Positions 51,450 through 62,058 of a stretch of DNA of 64,000 nt are shown in pieces. Under the pieces are notes generated by a model. It saw only the letters and a program-made list of their open reading frames with translations. It was not told where the DNA came from and did not search any database. The translations under genes were made by a program, and so were the position numbers. Every line of letters begins with the position of its first letter. The first letter of the stretch is position 1. This DNA comes from Lactobacillus sp. (lineage in GTDB: Bacteria > Bacillota > Bacilli > Lactobacillales > Lactobacillaceae): NCBI RefSeq assembly GCF_051893255.1, contig NZ_JBJFHB010000065.1, forward strand, positions 223 to 64,222. Reading direction: 5' to 3'.

Positions 51450-52727
51450 TCAACCTATTTTGTTTTGCCGGCTCTTTTTAACCAGCTGCAAGACGGCACT
51501 GACCAGGTAAAAAGATCCCGTTACTAAAACAATGTCGTTTTTCTTGGCCTTTTCTAGCTGCTGGTCTAACGCAGCCTTGAGGTCGCCCTCATAAGGGAAC
51601 TTTTCCTGGGCCCAGGCCGGGAAATCAGCTTTTTTAGCTGCCCGCGGGTAAGGCAGGCTGGTCAAGAGCAGGTCTTTAGCTTGAAACAGGCTCAAGAAAT
51701 CGCTCAAGTCCTTATCTTTCATCATCGCTGTCAGTACTAAGACCTGCCCGCCCCTTTGCCCGGCCAGCTGGTCAGCATATCTGAGCAAATTTTGCCCAGC
51801 TTGGACATTGTGGGCTCCGTCTAAGAGCAGCATTGGCGCTTCCCCCAGCTTTTGGTAGCGGCCAGGGACTACCGTTTCAGCAATCGCCGCTTCTGCATCC
51901 CCTGTAGCTAACGTTAGACCCAGGCAAGAAAATGCCTTTAACGCCATGGCTGCATCTTTGCCTTCGGCTTCGGGCATAACCGGCAAGATGTATTTTTCTG
52001 GCAAGGAAATTTCAGTTTTGCCATTTTTTTCCATTACGAAAAAATCTTTCCCCAGCCAGTAGCCTTGGCTGTCCGCTTTTTCCAGCTTGTCCTCGACAAT
52101 CCCTTTTACGCTTTCTGGGATGTCGCCTAAGACAGCTGGGACATGCTTTTTGATGATGCCACTTTTTTCTTTAGCAATGTCAGCCAGGGTTGGCCCGATG
52201 ATCTGCTCATGGTCCAGGCCAATCGTCGTAATTAGGCTGACTGCCGGAATGATCACATTTGTCTTGTCATGTTCAGCCCCAATGCCCACTTCAATCACAG
52301 CATAGTCGCAGTGCATTTTGGCAAAATACAAAAAGGCCATTGCCACTTCGTATTCAAAGGTCACGAGCGAAAAATCAGGCTCATTTTTCTGAATTTCGCC
52401 AATTTTTTCATCCACCTGGTTGGCGATTGCCAAAAGCTCCTGGTCACTGATCGGCTGGCCATTTAACTGGATGCGCTCATTAAAGCTGACGATAAAGGGA
52501 GAAACAAAAAGGCCAGTCCGCTGACCAGCCTTTTGGAGCAGATTGCTCAAATAATATGCAGTTGACCCTTTACCGTTGGTGCCAGTAATATGGCAGCACT
52601 TGACTTCTCTTTCTGGATGGCCAAGTTCAGCCAAAATCCTCTTCACATAACTCAGGTCGCTTTTTTCATGCAGCTTGGGCAAATGATAGAGGTAATCTGT
52701 AAATTCGGTAACAGTCTCAAATTTCAC
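51450..52727 (-). CDS. folC: Folylpolyglutamate synthase
   Basis: GTNGKGS, NERI, EVGIG, LDH, LDGAHN, GSFYL. Confidence 0.95.
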   Translation of the reverse strand: MKFETVTEFTDYLYHLPKLHEKSDLSYVKRILAELGHPEREVKCCHITGTNGKGSTAYYLSNLLQKAGQRTGLFVSPFIVSFNERIQLNGQPISDQELLAIANQVDEKIGEIQKNEPDFSLVTFEYEVAMAFLYFAKMHCDYAVIEVGIGAEHDKTNVIIPAVSLITTIGLDHEQIIGPTLADIAKEKSGIIKKHVPAVLGDIPESVKGIVEDKLEKADSQGYWLGKDFFVMEKNGKTEISLPEKYILPVMPEAEGKDAAMALKAFSCLGLTLATGDAEAAIAETVVPGRYQKLGEAPMLLLDGAHNVQAGQNLLRYADQLAGQRGGQVLVLTAMMKDKDLSDFLSLFQAKDLLLTSLPYPRAAKKADFPAWAQEKFPYEGDLKAALDQQLEKAKKNDIVLVTGSFYLVSAVLQLVKKSRQNKIG

Positions 52728-52731
52728 GTCT

Positions 52732-55371
52732 TTAACGACTTTCCTTCAATTCTTGGATTCTTTCCTTGACCCCAGCCAGTTGGCTTTCGTATTCAGCCTT
52801 CTTGGCCTTTTCCTTGTCAACGATGGCTTGCGGAGCGTGATCTACAAAGCCCTTGTTGGCCAGCTTCTTTTCAGCCCGGTCAACTTCGCTTTGCAGGCGC
52901 GCTTCTTCCTTGGTCATCTTGGCGATTTCTTCATCAAGGTCAACCAGTTCTGACAGTGGGACAAAGATTTGCGCCCCGGCAATCACAGCAGTCTTGGCCA
53001 ATTTTGGCGCATCGATCTTGGTTGAGATTTCCAGCTTCTTAGGGTGTAGGAAGTTTTCAACGTAATCCATGTTGTCCTTCAGTATGTGTTCGCTAGCTTC
53101 ATCGTCTAATTGGATCAAGATATCGATTGCACTTGACATTGGCGCGTTCACTTCCATCCGGATGTTCCGAACAGCCTTGATTGTTTCGATCAAGAAGGCC
53201 ATGTCACTGTCGGCTTGGGCATTGTCAAATTCCTCATGGGCTACTGGGTATTCAGCCACCATGATGGACTTGCCTTCATGTGGCATGGACAGCCAAAGCT
53301 TTTCGGTTACGAATGGCATGATTGGGGAGATGAGGCGCAGGATTTGGTCCAGGATGTAAGTCAAGTTGGCTTGCTTTCTGGCCTTCAATTCTGCATCGTC
53401 GCCGTACAGGGCAACCTTGGAAATTTCGATGTACCAGTCACAGAAGTCGTTCCAGATGAAGCTGTACATTTCCCGGCCGGCTTCACCAAATTGGAATTCG
53501 TCAAAGAGACGGGTGGTTTCCTTAACCGTGTGGTTCAGGCGGTCAAAAATCCAGGCATCAGCCAGGTCAAAAGTGCTAGTATCTGGCATTTGAGCAGGCT
53601 TAGCGTCTTCTGGCAAGTTCATGATCACGAACCGGCTTGCGTTCCACAGCTTGTTGATGAAGTTCCAAGCAGAATCCATCTTCTTGTAGCTAAAGCGAGT
53701 GTCTTGACCAGGCGCCGTTCCGTTCAACAGGAACCAGCGAAGTGCGTCAGCGCCGTACTTGTCGATGACGTCCATTGGGTCAATCCCGTTGCCCAAAGAC
53801 TTAGACATCTTCCGCCCTTGTTCGTCCCGGATCAAGCCGTGCAAGACAACGTTGTCAAATGGCCGCTTGCCGGTAAAGTGCAGACTTTGGAAGATCATCC
53901 GGGAAACCCAGAAGAAGATGATGTCATAACCCGTTACCAAGGCGTTGGTTGGGAAGTAGCGCTTGAAGTCTTCAGAGTCTTCATCTGGCCAGCCCAAAGT
54001 GGAGAATGGCCACAAGGCACTAGAGAACCAAGTGTCCAAAACGTCTTCGTCTTGATCCCAGTTTTCGATGTCCTTTGGCGCTTCTTCGCCAACGTACATT
54101 TCACCGGTTTCCTTGTTGTACCAAGCTGGAATCCGGTGACCCCACCAGAGCTGACGAGAGATTACCCAGTCGTGGACGTTTTCCATCCAGTGACGCAGGG
54201 TCCCTTCAAAGCGTTCTGGCACGAAGTTGACCTTGCCGTCAGTGTCTTGGTTTTCCAAAAGCTTGTCAGCCAATGGCTTCATCTTGACGAACCACTGGGT
54301 TGACAGTCTTGGTTCAACTTGCACGCCGGAGCGTTCTGAGTGACCAACTGAGTGGACGATTGGCTCAACCTTGATCAGGTAGCCTTCTTCCTTCAGGTCT
54401 GCTACCAATTGCTTGCGGCAGTCAAAGCGGTCCATGCCAGCGTACTTGCCAGCCTTGTCGTTCATGGTGCCGTCATCGTTCATGACGTTGATTCTTTCCA
54501 GGTTATGCCGGTTGCCGACTTCAAAGTCGTTCGGGTCGTGGGCTGGTGTAATCTTTACCAGACCAGTCCCAAACTCTGGATCAACGTGTTGGTCTTCGAT
54601 GATTGGAATTTCCCGGCCAACCAGTGGCAGGATCAATTTTTTGCCAACCAAGTCCTTGTAGCGTTCATCGCCAGGTGCAACGGCAACGGCGGTGTCACCA
54701 AACATGGTTTCTGGACGGGTCGTTGCAATTTCAACAGAGCCTGACCCATCTGCTAGTGGGTAGTTGATGTGGTAAAAAGCACCTTGGTCATCTTGGTGGA
54801 TAACTTCGATATCAGACAGGGCAGTCCGCAATTTTGGATCCCAGTTGATGATGTATTCACCGCGGTAGATCAAGCCTTCGTTATACAGCTGCACGAAGAC
54901 GCGGCGAACGGCCTTGGACAAGCCCTTGTCCAAGGTAAAGCGTTCTCTTGAGTAGTCAAGAGACAAGCCTAATTTTTGCCACTGGCTCTTGATAATGTTG
55001 GCGTATTCATCCTTCCATTCCCAGACCTTGTCGACAAACTTTTCCCGGCCTAAGTCATAGCGGCTGATGCCTTGTTCGCGAAGGCGCGCCTCAACCTTGG
55101 CTTGAGTCGCAATCCCGGCGTGGTCCATCCCTGGCAAGTACAAGGTGTCATAGCCTTGCATCCGCTTGTAGCGGATCAGGGTGTCTTGAATCGCCGTGTC
55201 CCAAGCGTGACCTAAGTGCAACTTGCCAGTTACGTTTGGGGGCGGGATAACGATTGAGTAAGGCTTAGCTTTCTTGTCGCCAGATGGCTTGAAGAGGTCT
55301 TCGTCAAGCCATTCTTGGTAGCGACCAGCTTCAACCTCTTGTGGGTTATATTTTGGTGCTAGATCTGTCAT
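52732..55371 (-). CDS. valS: Valine-tRNA ligase
   Basis: [26 protein letters not shown]-terminal coiled coil. Confidence 0.99.
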   Translation of the reverse strand: MTDLAPKYNPQEVEAGRYQEWLDEDLFKPSGDKKAKPYSIVIPPPNVTGKLHLGHAWDTAIQDTLIRYKRMQGYDTLYLPGMDHAGIATQAKVEARLREQGISRYDLGREKFVDKVWEWKDEYANIIKSQWQKLGLSLDYSRERFTLDKGLSKAVRRVFVQLYNEGLIYRGEYIINWDPKLRTALSDIEVIHQDDQGAFYHINYPLADGSGSVEIATTRPETMFGDTAVAVAPGDERYKDLVGKKLILPLVGREIPIIEDQHVDPEFGTGLVKITPAHDPNDFEVGNRHNLERINVMNDDGTMNDKAGKYAGMDRFDCRKQLVADLKEEGYLIKVEPIVHSVGHSERSGVQVEPRLSTQWFVKMKPLADKLLENQDTDGKVNFVPERFEGTLRHWMENVHDWVISRQLWWGHRIPAWYNKETGEMYVGEEAPKDIENWDQDEDVLDTWFSSALWPFSTLGWPDEDSEDFKRYFPTNALVTGYDIIFFWVSRMIFQSLHFTGKRPFDNVVLHGLIRDEQGRKMSKSLGNGIDPMDVIDKYGADALRWFLLNGTAPGQDTRFSYKKMDSAWNFINKLWNASRFVIMNLPEDAKPAQMPDTSTFDLADAWIFDRLNHTVKETTRLFDEFQFGEAGREMYSFIWNDFCDWYIEISKVALYGDDAELKARKQANLTYILDQILRLISPIMPFVTEKLWLSMPHEGKSIMVAEYPVAHEEFDNAQADSDMAFLIETIKAVRNIRMEVNAPMSSAIDILIQLDDEASEHILKDNMDYVENFLHPKKLEISTKIDAPKLAKTAVIAGAQIFVPLSELVDLDEEIAKMTKEEARLQSEVDRAEKKLANKGFVDHAPQAIVDKEKAKKAEYESQLAGVKERIQELKESR

Positions 55372-55384
55372 AAATTTCCTCCAT

Positions 55385-55575
55385 AAAAAAAGTCCTAGAC
55401 AAACTGTCTAGGACGATTTAATTAACCGCGGTACCACCTATTTTGAGCATGCTGCTCCACTTAAAGGCGGTTAACGGGGCATAACCGGATTGGCCTACTG
55501 GGCTTCAGCCAATCAGCTCTTCAAGCTACTAGGTGCTTCCGGTCTCTCAGCATGCTGACCTTTCTCTGTCATGAA
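55385..55575 (-). promoter_or_regulatory. T-box riboswitch, Val specifier GUA
   Basis: T-box AGGTGGTACCGCG (55427-55439), terminator GTCCTAGACA-GTT-TGTCTAGGAC-TTTTTT, specifier GTA at 55527-55529. Confidence 0.92.
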
Positions 55576-55630
55576 GCGCCACCTCTTGATCTTTGCTTTG
55601 TCAAAAAGTATAGCATATTTTTTCAGATCA

Positions 55631-56356
55631 TTAAAGGGTCTTTGCCTTTAACTGAGCAAGTTCTTCAGCGGTCAGTTCCCGGTAGGCAGCAGGCGCCAAT
55701 TTTTCATCTAGCCTTAAAGGACCCATCGATAGGCGCTTTAAGGCAACCACCTTCATCCCTTGGGAGGCAAACATCCGCTTGACCTGGTGGTACTTGCCCT
55801 CAGTGATGGTCACTTCGATTTCTGATTCATCGCTTGCAAAGTTCTGCGACAAAATTCGCAGCTTGCCAGGCTTGAGAATCGTGCCATCCTTTAATGCCAG
55901 CCCCTTGGCAAAAGCTTCAGCTGTTTCCGCAGTTGCTACGCCAGCAAGTTTAGCATAGTAAACTTTCGGCACGTGATGCTCTGGGGCTAGCAGCTGGTGG
56001 GTCAATTGACCATCGTTAGTGATCAATAAGAGACCCGTCGTATCCTTGTCCAAGCGCCCGACCGGTGCTAGATTTTGGTAGCGGTCCTTCTCCTTTAACA
56101 AATCTAGTACCGTCTTTTGGCTCCGGTCTTCAGTTGCTGATAAAACGCCAGCCGGCTTATTGAGCAAGAAGTAGTGGAATTCCTGGTAGACGACCGCTTG
56201 CCCGTTAACCGTCACCTGGTCGCTTTCTTTGACCTTTTGCTTAGCCGTCCGGCAAACCTTGCCGTTGACCTGGACCTGCCCTTTTTTAATGATTTCATGA
56301 ACCTGGCTTCTTGAGCCAACTTTCATGTTGGCCAAAAATTTATCAAGGCGCAGCAT
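55631..56356 (-). CDS. RsuA-family pseudouridine synthase
   Basis: MLRLDKFL S4 domain, PVGRLDKDTTGLL, EGKYHQVKRM. Confidence 0.93.
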   Translation of the reverse strand: MLRLDKFLANMKVGSRSQVHEIIKKGQVQVNGKVCRTAKQKVKESDQVTVNGQAVVYQEFHYFLLNKPAGVLSATEDRSQKTVLDLLKEKDRYQNLAPVGRLDKDTTGLLLITNDGQLTHQLLAPEHHVPKVYYAKLAGVATAETAEAFAKGLALKDGTILKPGKLRILSQNFASDESEIEVTITEGKYHQVKRMFASQGMKVVALKRLSMGPLRLDEKLAPAAYRELTAEELAQLKAKTL

Positions 56357-57573
56357 TAAAGGAGGTCCGCGTCTTCTTCAGACAGGTCGTTTAAGAAACT
56401 TTGGCCTGGGTAAATTGGCGTCACCTTGATGCCGGCCAAGGCCCGTTCGATAAGGCCATCGACGTCCAGACGGCTTTCGTATTCCCGGGCCTTGTCAATC
56501 CGCGGCTTGGTCTTCGGACGCGGCGGCGCAAAGATGGTGCAGCAGTCTTCAAATGGCTGGATGGACAAATCAAAGGTGCCGATTTCCTCAGCCTTGGCAA
56601 TAATTTCGTTCTTGTCCATGGTGGCAACTGGACGGATAACTGGCGTAGTCGTCACGTCATTGATGGCTGCCATGGATTCCAGGGTTTGCGAAGCAACCTG
56701 GCCAACGGATTCCCCGTTAAAGATAGCCAAGCCATGCCGCTTTTCTCTGATAATGTCAGCTAAGCGGAGCATGAAGCGGCGCTGCACCGTCATTAAGTAG
56801 CCTTCTGGCAATTTTTCCTTGATGGTTTCCTGGATTTCGGCAAATGGGACTTCAATGAAGTTGATCCGGCCGCTGTACTTGGCTAAGATGCTGGTCAAGT
56901 CCTTAGCCTTAGCCAGCGCCTTTTCAGAGGTATAAGGCGGTGAGAAAAAGTGCACCATTTCAATGTTGACGCCGCGCTTCATGGCTAAGTATGAAGCAAC
57001 TGGGGAGTCGATCCCGCCGGACAGCATCATCACTGCCTTGCCGGCCGTGCCCACTGGCATCCCGCCGGCCCCGTGGAGGAGCTGGTTAGAAATATAGGCC
57101 CCATCTTGGCGAACTTCTAGACGCAAGACCATGTCCGGGTGCTTCATTTCCGCTTCCAAGCCTTCCATGTGGTTGTAGAGGTAGTCGGCCACTAATTGGT
57201 TCAACTGGTTGGTGTCATAGATAAACTTGTGGTCGCTTCTTCTCGTATTAACCTTAAAGGTCATGCCTTTCTTGTAAGTAGCCTGCATCAGCTCTAAAGC
57301 GGTCTTTTCAATGGCTTCTAGGCTCTTTTCCGTCTTGATGACTGGGGAATAGGTCTGGATGCCGAAGACTACCTTCAAGCGCTCATCTACTGCTTCAAAA
57401 GGCGTCCCGTTCAACAGGATGTGCATCCGGTCATGGTGGGTTTGAATCTTTAAGTCCTTGAAGTCATGCAAAACCTTTTGCACGTTGGCTGAGAGCCGGT
57501 TGATAAAGTCCATCCGGTTCTTGCCCTTGGTTGACAATTCGCCGTAGCGAATCATGATTTCTGTGTATTGCAA
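56356..57573 (-). CDS. thiI: tRNA 4-thiouridine synthase ThiI
   Basis: [16 protein letters not shown] domain, [17 protein letters not shown]. Confidence 0.96.
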   Translation of the reverse strand: MQYTEIMIRYGELSTKGKNRMDFINRLSANVQKVLHDFKDLKIQTHHDRMHILLNGTPFEAVDERLKVVFGIQTYSPVIKTEKSLEAIEKTALELMQATYKKGMTFKVNTRRSDHKFIYDTNQLNQLVADYLYNHMEGLEAEMKHPDMVLRLEVRQDGAYISNQLLHGAGGMPVGTAGKAVMMLSGGIDSPVASYLAMKRGVNIEMVHFFSPPYTSEKALAKAKDLTSILAKYSGRINFIEVPFAEIQETIKEKLPEGYLMTVQRRFMLRLADIIREKRHGLAIFNGESVGQVASQTLESMAAINDVTTTPVIRPVATMDKNEIIAKAEEIGTFDLSIQPFEDCCTIFAPPRPKTKPRIDKAREYESRLDVDGLIERALAGIKVTPIYPGQSFLNDLSEEDADLL

Positions 57574-57576
57574 AAT

Positions 57577-58734
57577 TTACTCTCCTAAATGGTTAATCTT
57601 GGCAAAGTGCTGGTAGATCTTGTCAAAGACGGCGATAAACTGGTCAGCCTCTTCCAAGGTGTTGCTTTCGTCAAAACTGAGGCGAACGGCGCTAGTCGCA
57701 ATTGGGTCTGGCGTCTTCATCGCCACTAAGGTTGAAGCCTCATCAGCCGTCTTAGATGAGCAGGCTGAGGTCGTTGAAATAAAGATGTCTTGCTCTTCCA
57801 AGGTGTGGACCAGGGTTTCGCCCCGGATGCCTTCTAGGGCAAAGCACAAGATGTGTGGCGCAAAGTCGTCCTTAAGCGGTGAAAAGATATGAATGCCTGG
57901 CTTGTCTTTCAGGTAGTCTGAAATTCTGGTCTTGATGGCCAATTCCCGAGCAGCCTTTTCACTTTCGCCGTCTAACAGCAGCCGGGTCGCCTTGGCCATG
58001 GCCGCAATGGCTGCCAGGTTTTCGGTCCCGCTCCGCAGGCCCTTTTCCTGTCCGCCCCCTTCACATAATGGCATGATCATCCGGCCCTCTTTTTTATACA
58101 AGATGCCGATGCCGCGCGGGCCATGGAATTTGTGAGAAGAAAAGCTCATCATGTCCACTCTTGGGGTGAAGACTTGGTCCCAGATCCCCTTGCCTAAAGC
58201 TTGAACATTGTCGACATGGAAGTGAACGTTTGGGTAGTCTTCCAAGATTTCGGAAATCTCTTGAATTGGCTGAATGGTCCCTACTTCGTTATTGACGCCC
58301 ATGATGGAAACCAAGGTGGTGTCTTTGTCGAGAGCTGCCTTTAGGTCTTCTGGATTAACCCGGCCTTCCTTGTCAACTGGCAGTCGGGTCACCCGGAAGC
58401 CCAGGTTTTCCAGTTCGGTAAAGGCATTGGCTACGGAAGCATGCTCAACTGAAGAGGTGATCAGGTGCTTGCCGAATTCCCGCTTGGCCCAAGCCGTCCC
58501 CTTGATAGCCGTGTTGTTTGACTCGGTCCCGCCGGAAGTAAAGAAGATCTCGTCTGCCTTTACCCCCATCAAGTCCGCAATCTGCCGGCGCGAAGCCTCA
58601 AGCAGCTGGTGGGCCCGGTCGCCAAGTTTGTGCAGGCTGGATGGGTTGCCCCAGATCTTGGTCACGACTTGGCTATAGGTATCTAAAGCTTCTGGCGCCA
58701 TCTTGGTCGTGGCGCTGTTGTCAAAATAAATCAA
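57577..58734 (-). CDS. Cysteine desulfurase (NifZ-type partner of ThiI)
   Basis: YFDNSATT, SSHKFHG, STTSACSS; ezrA-desulfurase-thiI order. Confidence 0.92.
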   Translation of the reverse strand: MIYFDNSATTKMAPEALDTYSQVVTKIWGNPSSLHKLGDRAHQLLEASRRQIADLMGVKADEIFFTSGGTESNNTAIKGTAWAKREFGKHLITSSVEHASVANAFTELENLGFRVTRLPVDKEGRVNPEDLKAALDKDTTLVSIMGVNNEVGTIQPIQEISEILEDYPNVHFHVDNVQALGKGIWDQVFTPRVDMMSFSSHKFHGPRGIGILYKKEGRMIMPLCEGGGQEKGLRSGTENLAAIAAMAKATRLLLDGESEKAARELAIKTRISDYLKDKPGIHIFSPLKDDFAPHILCFALEGIRGETLVHTLEEQDIFISTTSACSSKTADEASTLVAMKTPDPIATSAVRLSFDESNTLEEADQFIAVFDKIYQHFAKINHLGE

Positions 58735-58833
58735 AGTCTTACTCCTTAAAAAAAGCGGCCAACAATTGACCGCTTAATCTTAATAATGTTCAATTTTAAT
58801 CCAAAAGCCGCTTAACTGCAATTAATTACACTC

Positions 58834-60552
58834 TTAATCCAGCATTTCTTTTTGCTCTTGGTAGTAAGCATTTTCGATCCGCTGGTAGCTACCAGGATCA
58901 ACCCGCTCAACTGCCGTGGCAATCGTGTCTAAGGCGTCTTTATAGTTGTAGTCGCGGTCATAAAGCTTCATCGCGGCTTTTCTAGCCCGGACTACCCCTT
59001 CATTGTCTAAAAACTTGTTGGAGTACTGCATGGTCAATTCAAAAAGATCTGCTGAATTGACGATATCAGCGGCATCTTTTTTCAAACGGTCCACGTCATC
59101 AGAAATCTGCACCAGTTCTTGGGAGATCTTCTCCATGTTGATCCGGATCTGGTTGAGCTCCCTGGTCGTCTTGCTGATCTCATTGATGACCAAGGTGTAC
59201 ATCTGCAAAAAGGCATCCGGGATGCCGGGCAGCTGGTGCCGGCTCAAGCGTCTGTAGATCAGGGAAACTTCCTGCTTAAATTCCTTGATGGAGCGGTGAG
59301 CCACTTCTTCTGCTTCATAAAGGCCATCCACTGCTTCTGAGAGTTCTTGCTGGCGCTGACCGATTTCGCTTAAGCGATTTAAGATCCGAACCCAGGCACT
59401 TTCAACTTCAGAATAAACGGCATTACCATCGGCAATCTTTTGACTGCTTCTGATGTAGTCAGAATCCATCTTGTGGACTTCCCGCTCAAGGCCCCGAGCC
59501 TCATCCAGCTCACCGTGAGTCAATTCGTAGCTCTCATCGATGTGGCGCAATTTCTTAACTAGCTGCTGGCTGACCACTTGCTGGTGGGCCAGGAGGTTTT
59601 GCAGCTTGTCTTGATTTTCTTCGACAAAAGGCCGTGCCCGGTATTCCTTCTCCAGGATCTTGTACAAGGTATCAATTTCCTTGTCAACCTTCTTCATGCC
59701 CTTCTCGCAAGCGTCTAAATCCAGCTTAGCCAGGTCTTGGAGCGATTTGTCAATTTGGTCATTGCTTTGCTTGATTTCCAGCAAAATGTCCAAGCTGCCG
59801 AAGCTGTATTTTTCTGACCGCATCTTCTTGTAGGCATCGGCAATTTCCGATAATTGCTCGGCAAAAACCGTCTCCAGTTCATGCTGGTCTTTTTTCACTT
59901 CTGGCAATTGCTTGCCCAAACTGTCCAAAGCTGCCCGAATCTTGGATAAAACACGCTTCGCTTCCACATGGTCACCTTGAGCTGAAAGGTTTTTAGCTTG
60001 GGCAAAATCTTCTTCCATCGCTGACAAGCGGTTTTCGATTTCATCTAAAGCTGAGCTGTAGTCAAAAGAAGCTGCTAAAATTTCCTTGCGCATTTCCCGG
60101 TAGGTCTTCATCAGCTCATCGTATAGAGCTTGATTCTCCCGGTTAGATTCTAAAAGCTGGGTAAAGACGTCAGAAGAATTCTTAACGTCTTCACTGATGG
60201 TGTCCAGAAGCTCTCGAGCCTGTTTAATATCCTGGTGTGCCTTCACCAAGCGGTAGCGGGCATTTTCATCAGCGCCGTCTTCAATCAGCTGCTGAATTTC
60301 CGGAAAAGCCTCAGCAGCTTTTTCATAGCTCTTCTTCCAGGTGGTTAAGGTTGCTAGGCTCTCCCCAGCCAATTCCATCTGGTCTAGCTTGCTGATGGCC
60401 CGCTCCAGGTGCAGATCTTCCATGTTGCCTAGATCATTGTCCAGCTCTTCAATTTCTTGCAGCTGGTGGCGGTTGGCGATGAGCATGGCAGCCACGGCAA
60501 CAATAATTGCAATAATGATCGTGATGAGTAGTAGAGATTGTGTTGATGACAT
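58834..60552 (-). CDS. ezrA: Septation ring formation regulator EzrA
   Basis: N-terminal TM, long spectrin-like coiled coil, QYSN motif; divergent from rpsD. Confidence 0.93.
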   Translation of the reverse strand: MSSTQSLLLITIIIAIIVAVAAMLIANRHQLQEIEELDNDLGNMEDLHLERAISKLDQMELAGESLATLTTWKKSYEKAAEAFPEIQQLIEDGADENARYRLVKAHQDIKQARELLDTISEDVKNSSDVFTQLLESNRENQALYDELMKTYREMRKEILAASFDYSSALDEIENRLSAMEEDFAQAKNLSAQGDHVEAKRVLSKIRAALDSLGKQLPEVKKDQHELETVFAEQLSEIADAYKKMRSEKYSFGSLDILLEIKQSNDQIDKSLQDLAKLDLDACEKGMKKVDKEIDTLYKILEKEYRARPFVEENQDKLQNLLAHQQVVSQQLVKKLRHIDESYELTHGELDEARGLEREVHKMDSDYIRSSQKIADGNAVYSEVESAWVRILNRLSEIGQRQQELSEAVDGLYEAEEVAHRSIKEFKQEVSLIYRRLSRHQLPGIPDAFLQMYTLVINEISKTTRELNQIRINMEKISQELVQISDDVDRLKKDAADIVNSADLFELTMQYSNKFLDNEGVVRARKAAMKLYDRDYNYKDALDTIATAVERVDPGSYQRIENAYYQEQKEMLD

Positions 60553-60646
60553 AACTTTCTCCTCCGAACTTTATTTCATTATACCAAACTCCAGGCTAAA
60601 AATATTTCCTTACACGCAGACTTTCTGTGCTTTTTTATCTTTTTCC

Positions 60647-60675
60647 TTGCTTTCTCCAGTCAAACCCCTTATAAT
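60647..60675 (+). promoter_or_regulatory. Sigma-A promoter of rpsD
   Basis: TTGCTT-N17-TATAAT. Confidence 0.8.
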
Positions 60676-60681
60676 GGTCAA

Positions 60682-60857
60682 CGTGTAAAATATTTGCAGC
60701 CATAAGTGACAAGAACGTCAACATCTTGGGACGCCTAAGTGAACGAGTAACCCACGCTGCACGGGTGAAAATGTAAACTCAAGATGCACGAATGTTGAAC
60801 TTATATTGTGATATTTTACTCCAAGAATTTTATTAATTTTTATTGGAGGAATTTTAT
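60682..60857 (+). promoter_or_regulatory. S4 autoregulatory leader RNA (Bacilli type)
   Basis: About 175-nt 5' UTR with GTAAAATAT...ATATTTTAC and GCAGC...GCTGC stems. Confidence 0.65.
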
Positions 60858-61469
60858 ATGTCAAGATACACTGGTCCAAGTTGGAAGCGCTCAAGAAGAT
60901 TAGGCATCTCTTTGTCAGGCACTGGCAAGGAACTTGCTCGTCGTTCATACGCTCCAGGTCAACACGGCCCTAACCAACGCGGTCGTCTTTCAGAATACGG
61001 TATGCAATTGCACGAAAAGCAAAAGCTGCGTTGGATGTTCGGCTTGAACGAACGCCAATTCCGTACTTTGTTTGAACGCGCTGGTAAGATCCGTGAAGGC
61101 CAACACGGTACCAACTTCATGATCTTGCTTGAACGTCGTTTGGACAACGTTGTTTACCGTTTGGGTCTTGCTACTACTCGTGAACAAGCTCGTCAATTGG
61201 TAAACCACGGCCACATCACTGTTGATGGCAAGCGCGTTGACATTCCTTCATACGAAGTTAAGGTTGGTCAAACCATTAGCTTGAAGGAAAAGTCAAAGAA
61301 CTTGCAACAAGTTAAGGACGCTTTGGAAGCTACTGCTTCACGTCCATCATTTGTTTCATTTGACGAAGACAAGATGGAAGGTCAATTGGTTCGTTTCCCA
61401 GAACGTGACGAAATGGAACCAGAAATTGACGAAGCCTTGGTTGTTGAATACTACAACAAGTTGCTGTAA
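60858..61469 (+). CDS. rpsD: 30S ribosomal protein S4
   Basis: [29 protein letters not shown]; start ATG 60858 after GGAGG. Confidence 0.99.
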   Translation: MSRYTGPSWKRSRRLGISLSGTGKELARRSYAPGQHGPNQRGRLSEYGMQLHEKQKLRWMFGLNERQFRTLFERAGKIREGQHGTNFMILLERRLDNVVYRLGLATTREQARQLVNHGHITVDGKRVDIPSYEVKVGQTISLKEKSKNLQQVKDALEATASRPSFVSFDEDKMEGQLVRFPERDEMEPEIDEALVVEYYNKLL

Positions 61470-61484
61470 TTCATCGCCTGCTTC

Positions 61485-61516
61485 AAAGCCTTTCCCCTTT
61501 GGGGAGAGGCTTTTTT
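61485..61516 (+). terminator. Terminator after rpsD
   Basis: AAAGCCTTTCCCC-TTT-GGGGAGAGGCTTTTTT. Confidence 0.85.
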
Positions 61517-61593
61517 CTTGCCTAAAAAGCCCCCAAGATTGCTATAATTAGGAAAAAGACAATTTATTTTTTCCAAATAGAAAGGGTAAAAAG

Positions 61594-62058
61594 ATGTCTG
61601 AAGACTTAGAGAAAAGAGTTGAATACGCGGCAAGCGGCATCACCCCGCAAACCAAGCCCGACGAACGGCGCCGCTACCTGGGCTCTTTAAGAGAACGGGT
61701 CTACCTCCGCATGAATTTAACAGAATGCCAAGACCCTGCCCTTACCCAGCTGTTTTTGGCGCATTTAAAGGACTACCAGGGCTATACCATCTTGATCAAC
61801 GGCAATACGCCTAACCCCGCCTTCATCGGCAAGATTGAGAGCCAGGCCAGCAAGCTGGGCATCCCCTTCCGCCTAGTTAACGATGAAACAGCGAAAAACG
61901 GTGATGACGACTCTGCCATCTTGGTTGTGTCAAATACTGCTATCAACAAAATGCGGGTTGAAATTGGCCAGGTCTACCCGCCAGAATTGCCTAAAGAAGA
62001 GTTGCCGGCACCGAAGAAAAAAGGGCTATTAGAAAGATTGTTTGGTGATCACCAGTGA
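61594..62058 (+). CDS. YueI (DUF1694) family protein
   Basis: KPDERRRYLGSLRERV signature; upstream of rarA. Confidence 0.8.
   Translation: MSEDLEKRVEYAASGITPQTKPDERRRYLGSLRERVYLRMNLTECQDPALTQLFLAHLKDYQGYTILINGNTPNPAFIGKIESQASKLGIPFRLVNDETAKNGDDDSAILVVSNTAINKMRVEIGQVYPPELPKEELPAPKKKGLLERLFGDHQ

Noticed and set aside
53215-54303. 362-aa open frame antisense to valS, plus other long antisense ORFs over clpX, typA, ileS and others
   Set aside because: They lie in the codon-register shadow of strongly biased genes, have no RBS or promoter that I could find and no protein-like motifs; best explained by codon usage suppressing antisense stops
28096-58734. Two cysteine desulfurases and two RNase J genes in one window
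   Set aside because: Both pairs are standard Firmicutes paralogues in their usual contexts (mnmA and thiI; rpoY and rpsO)
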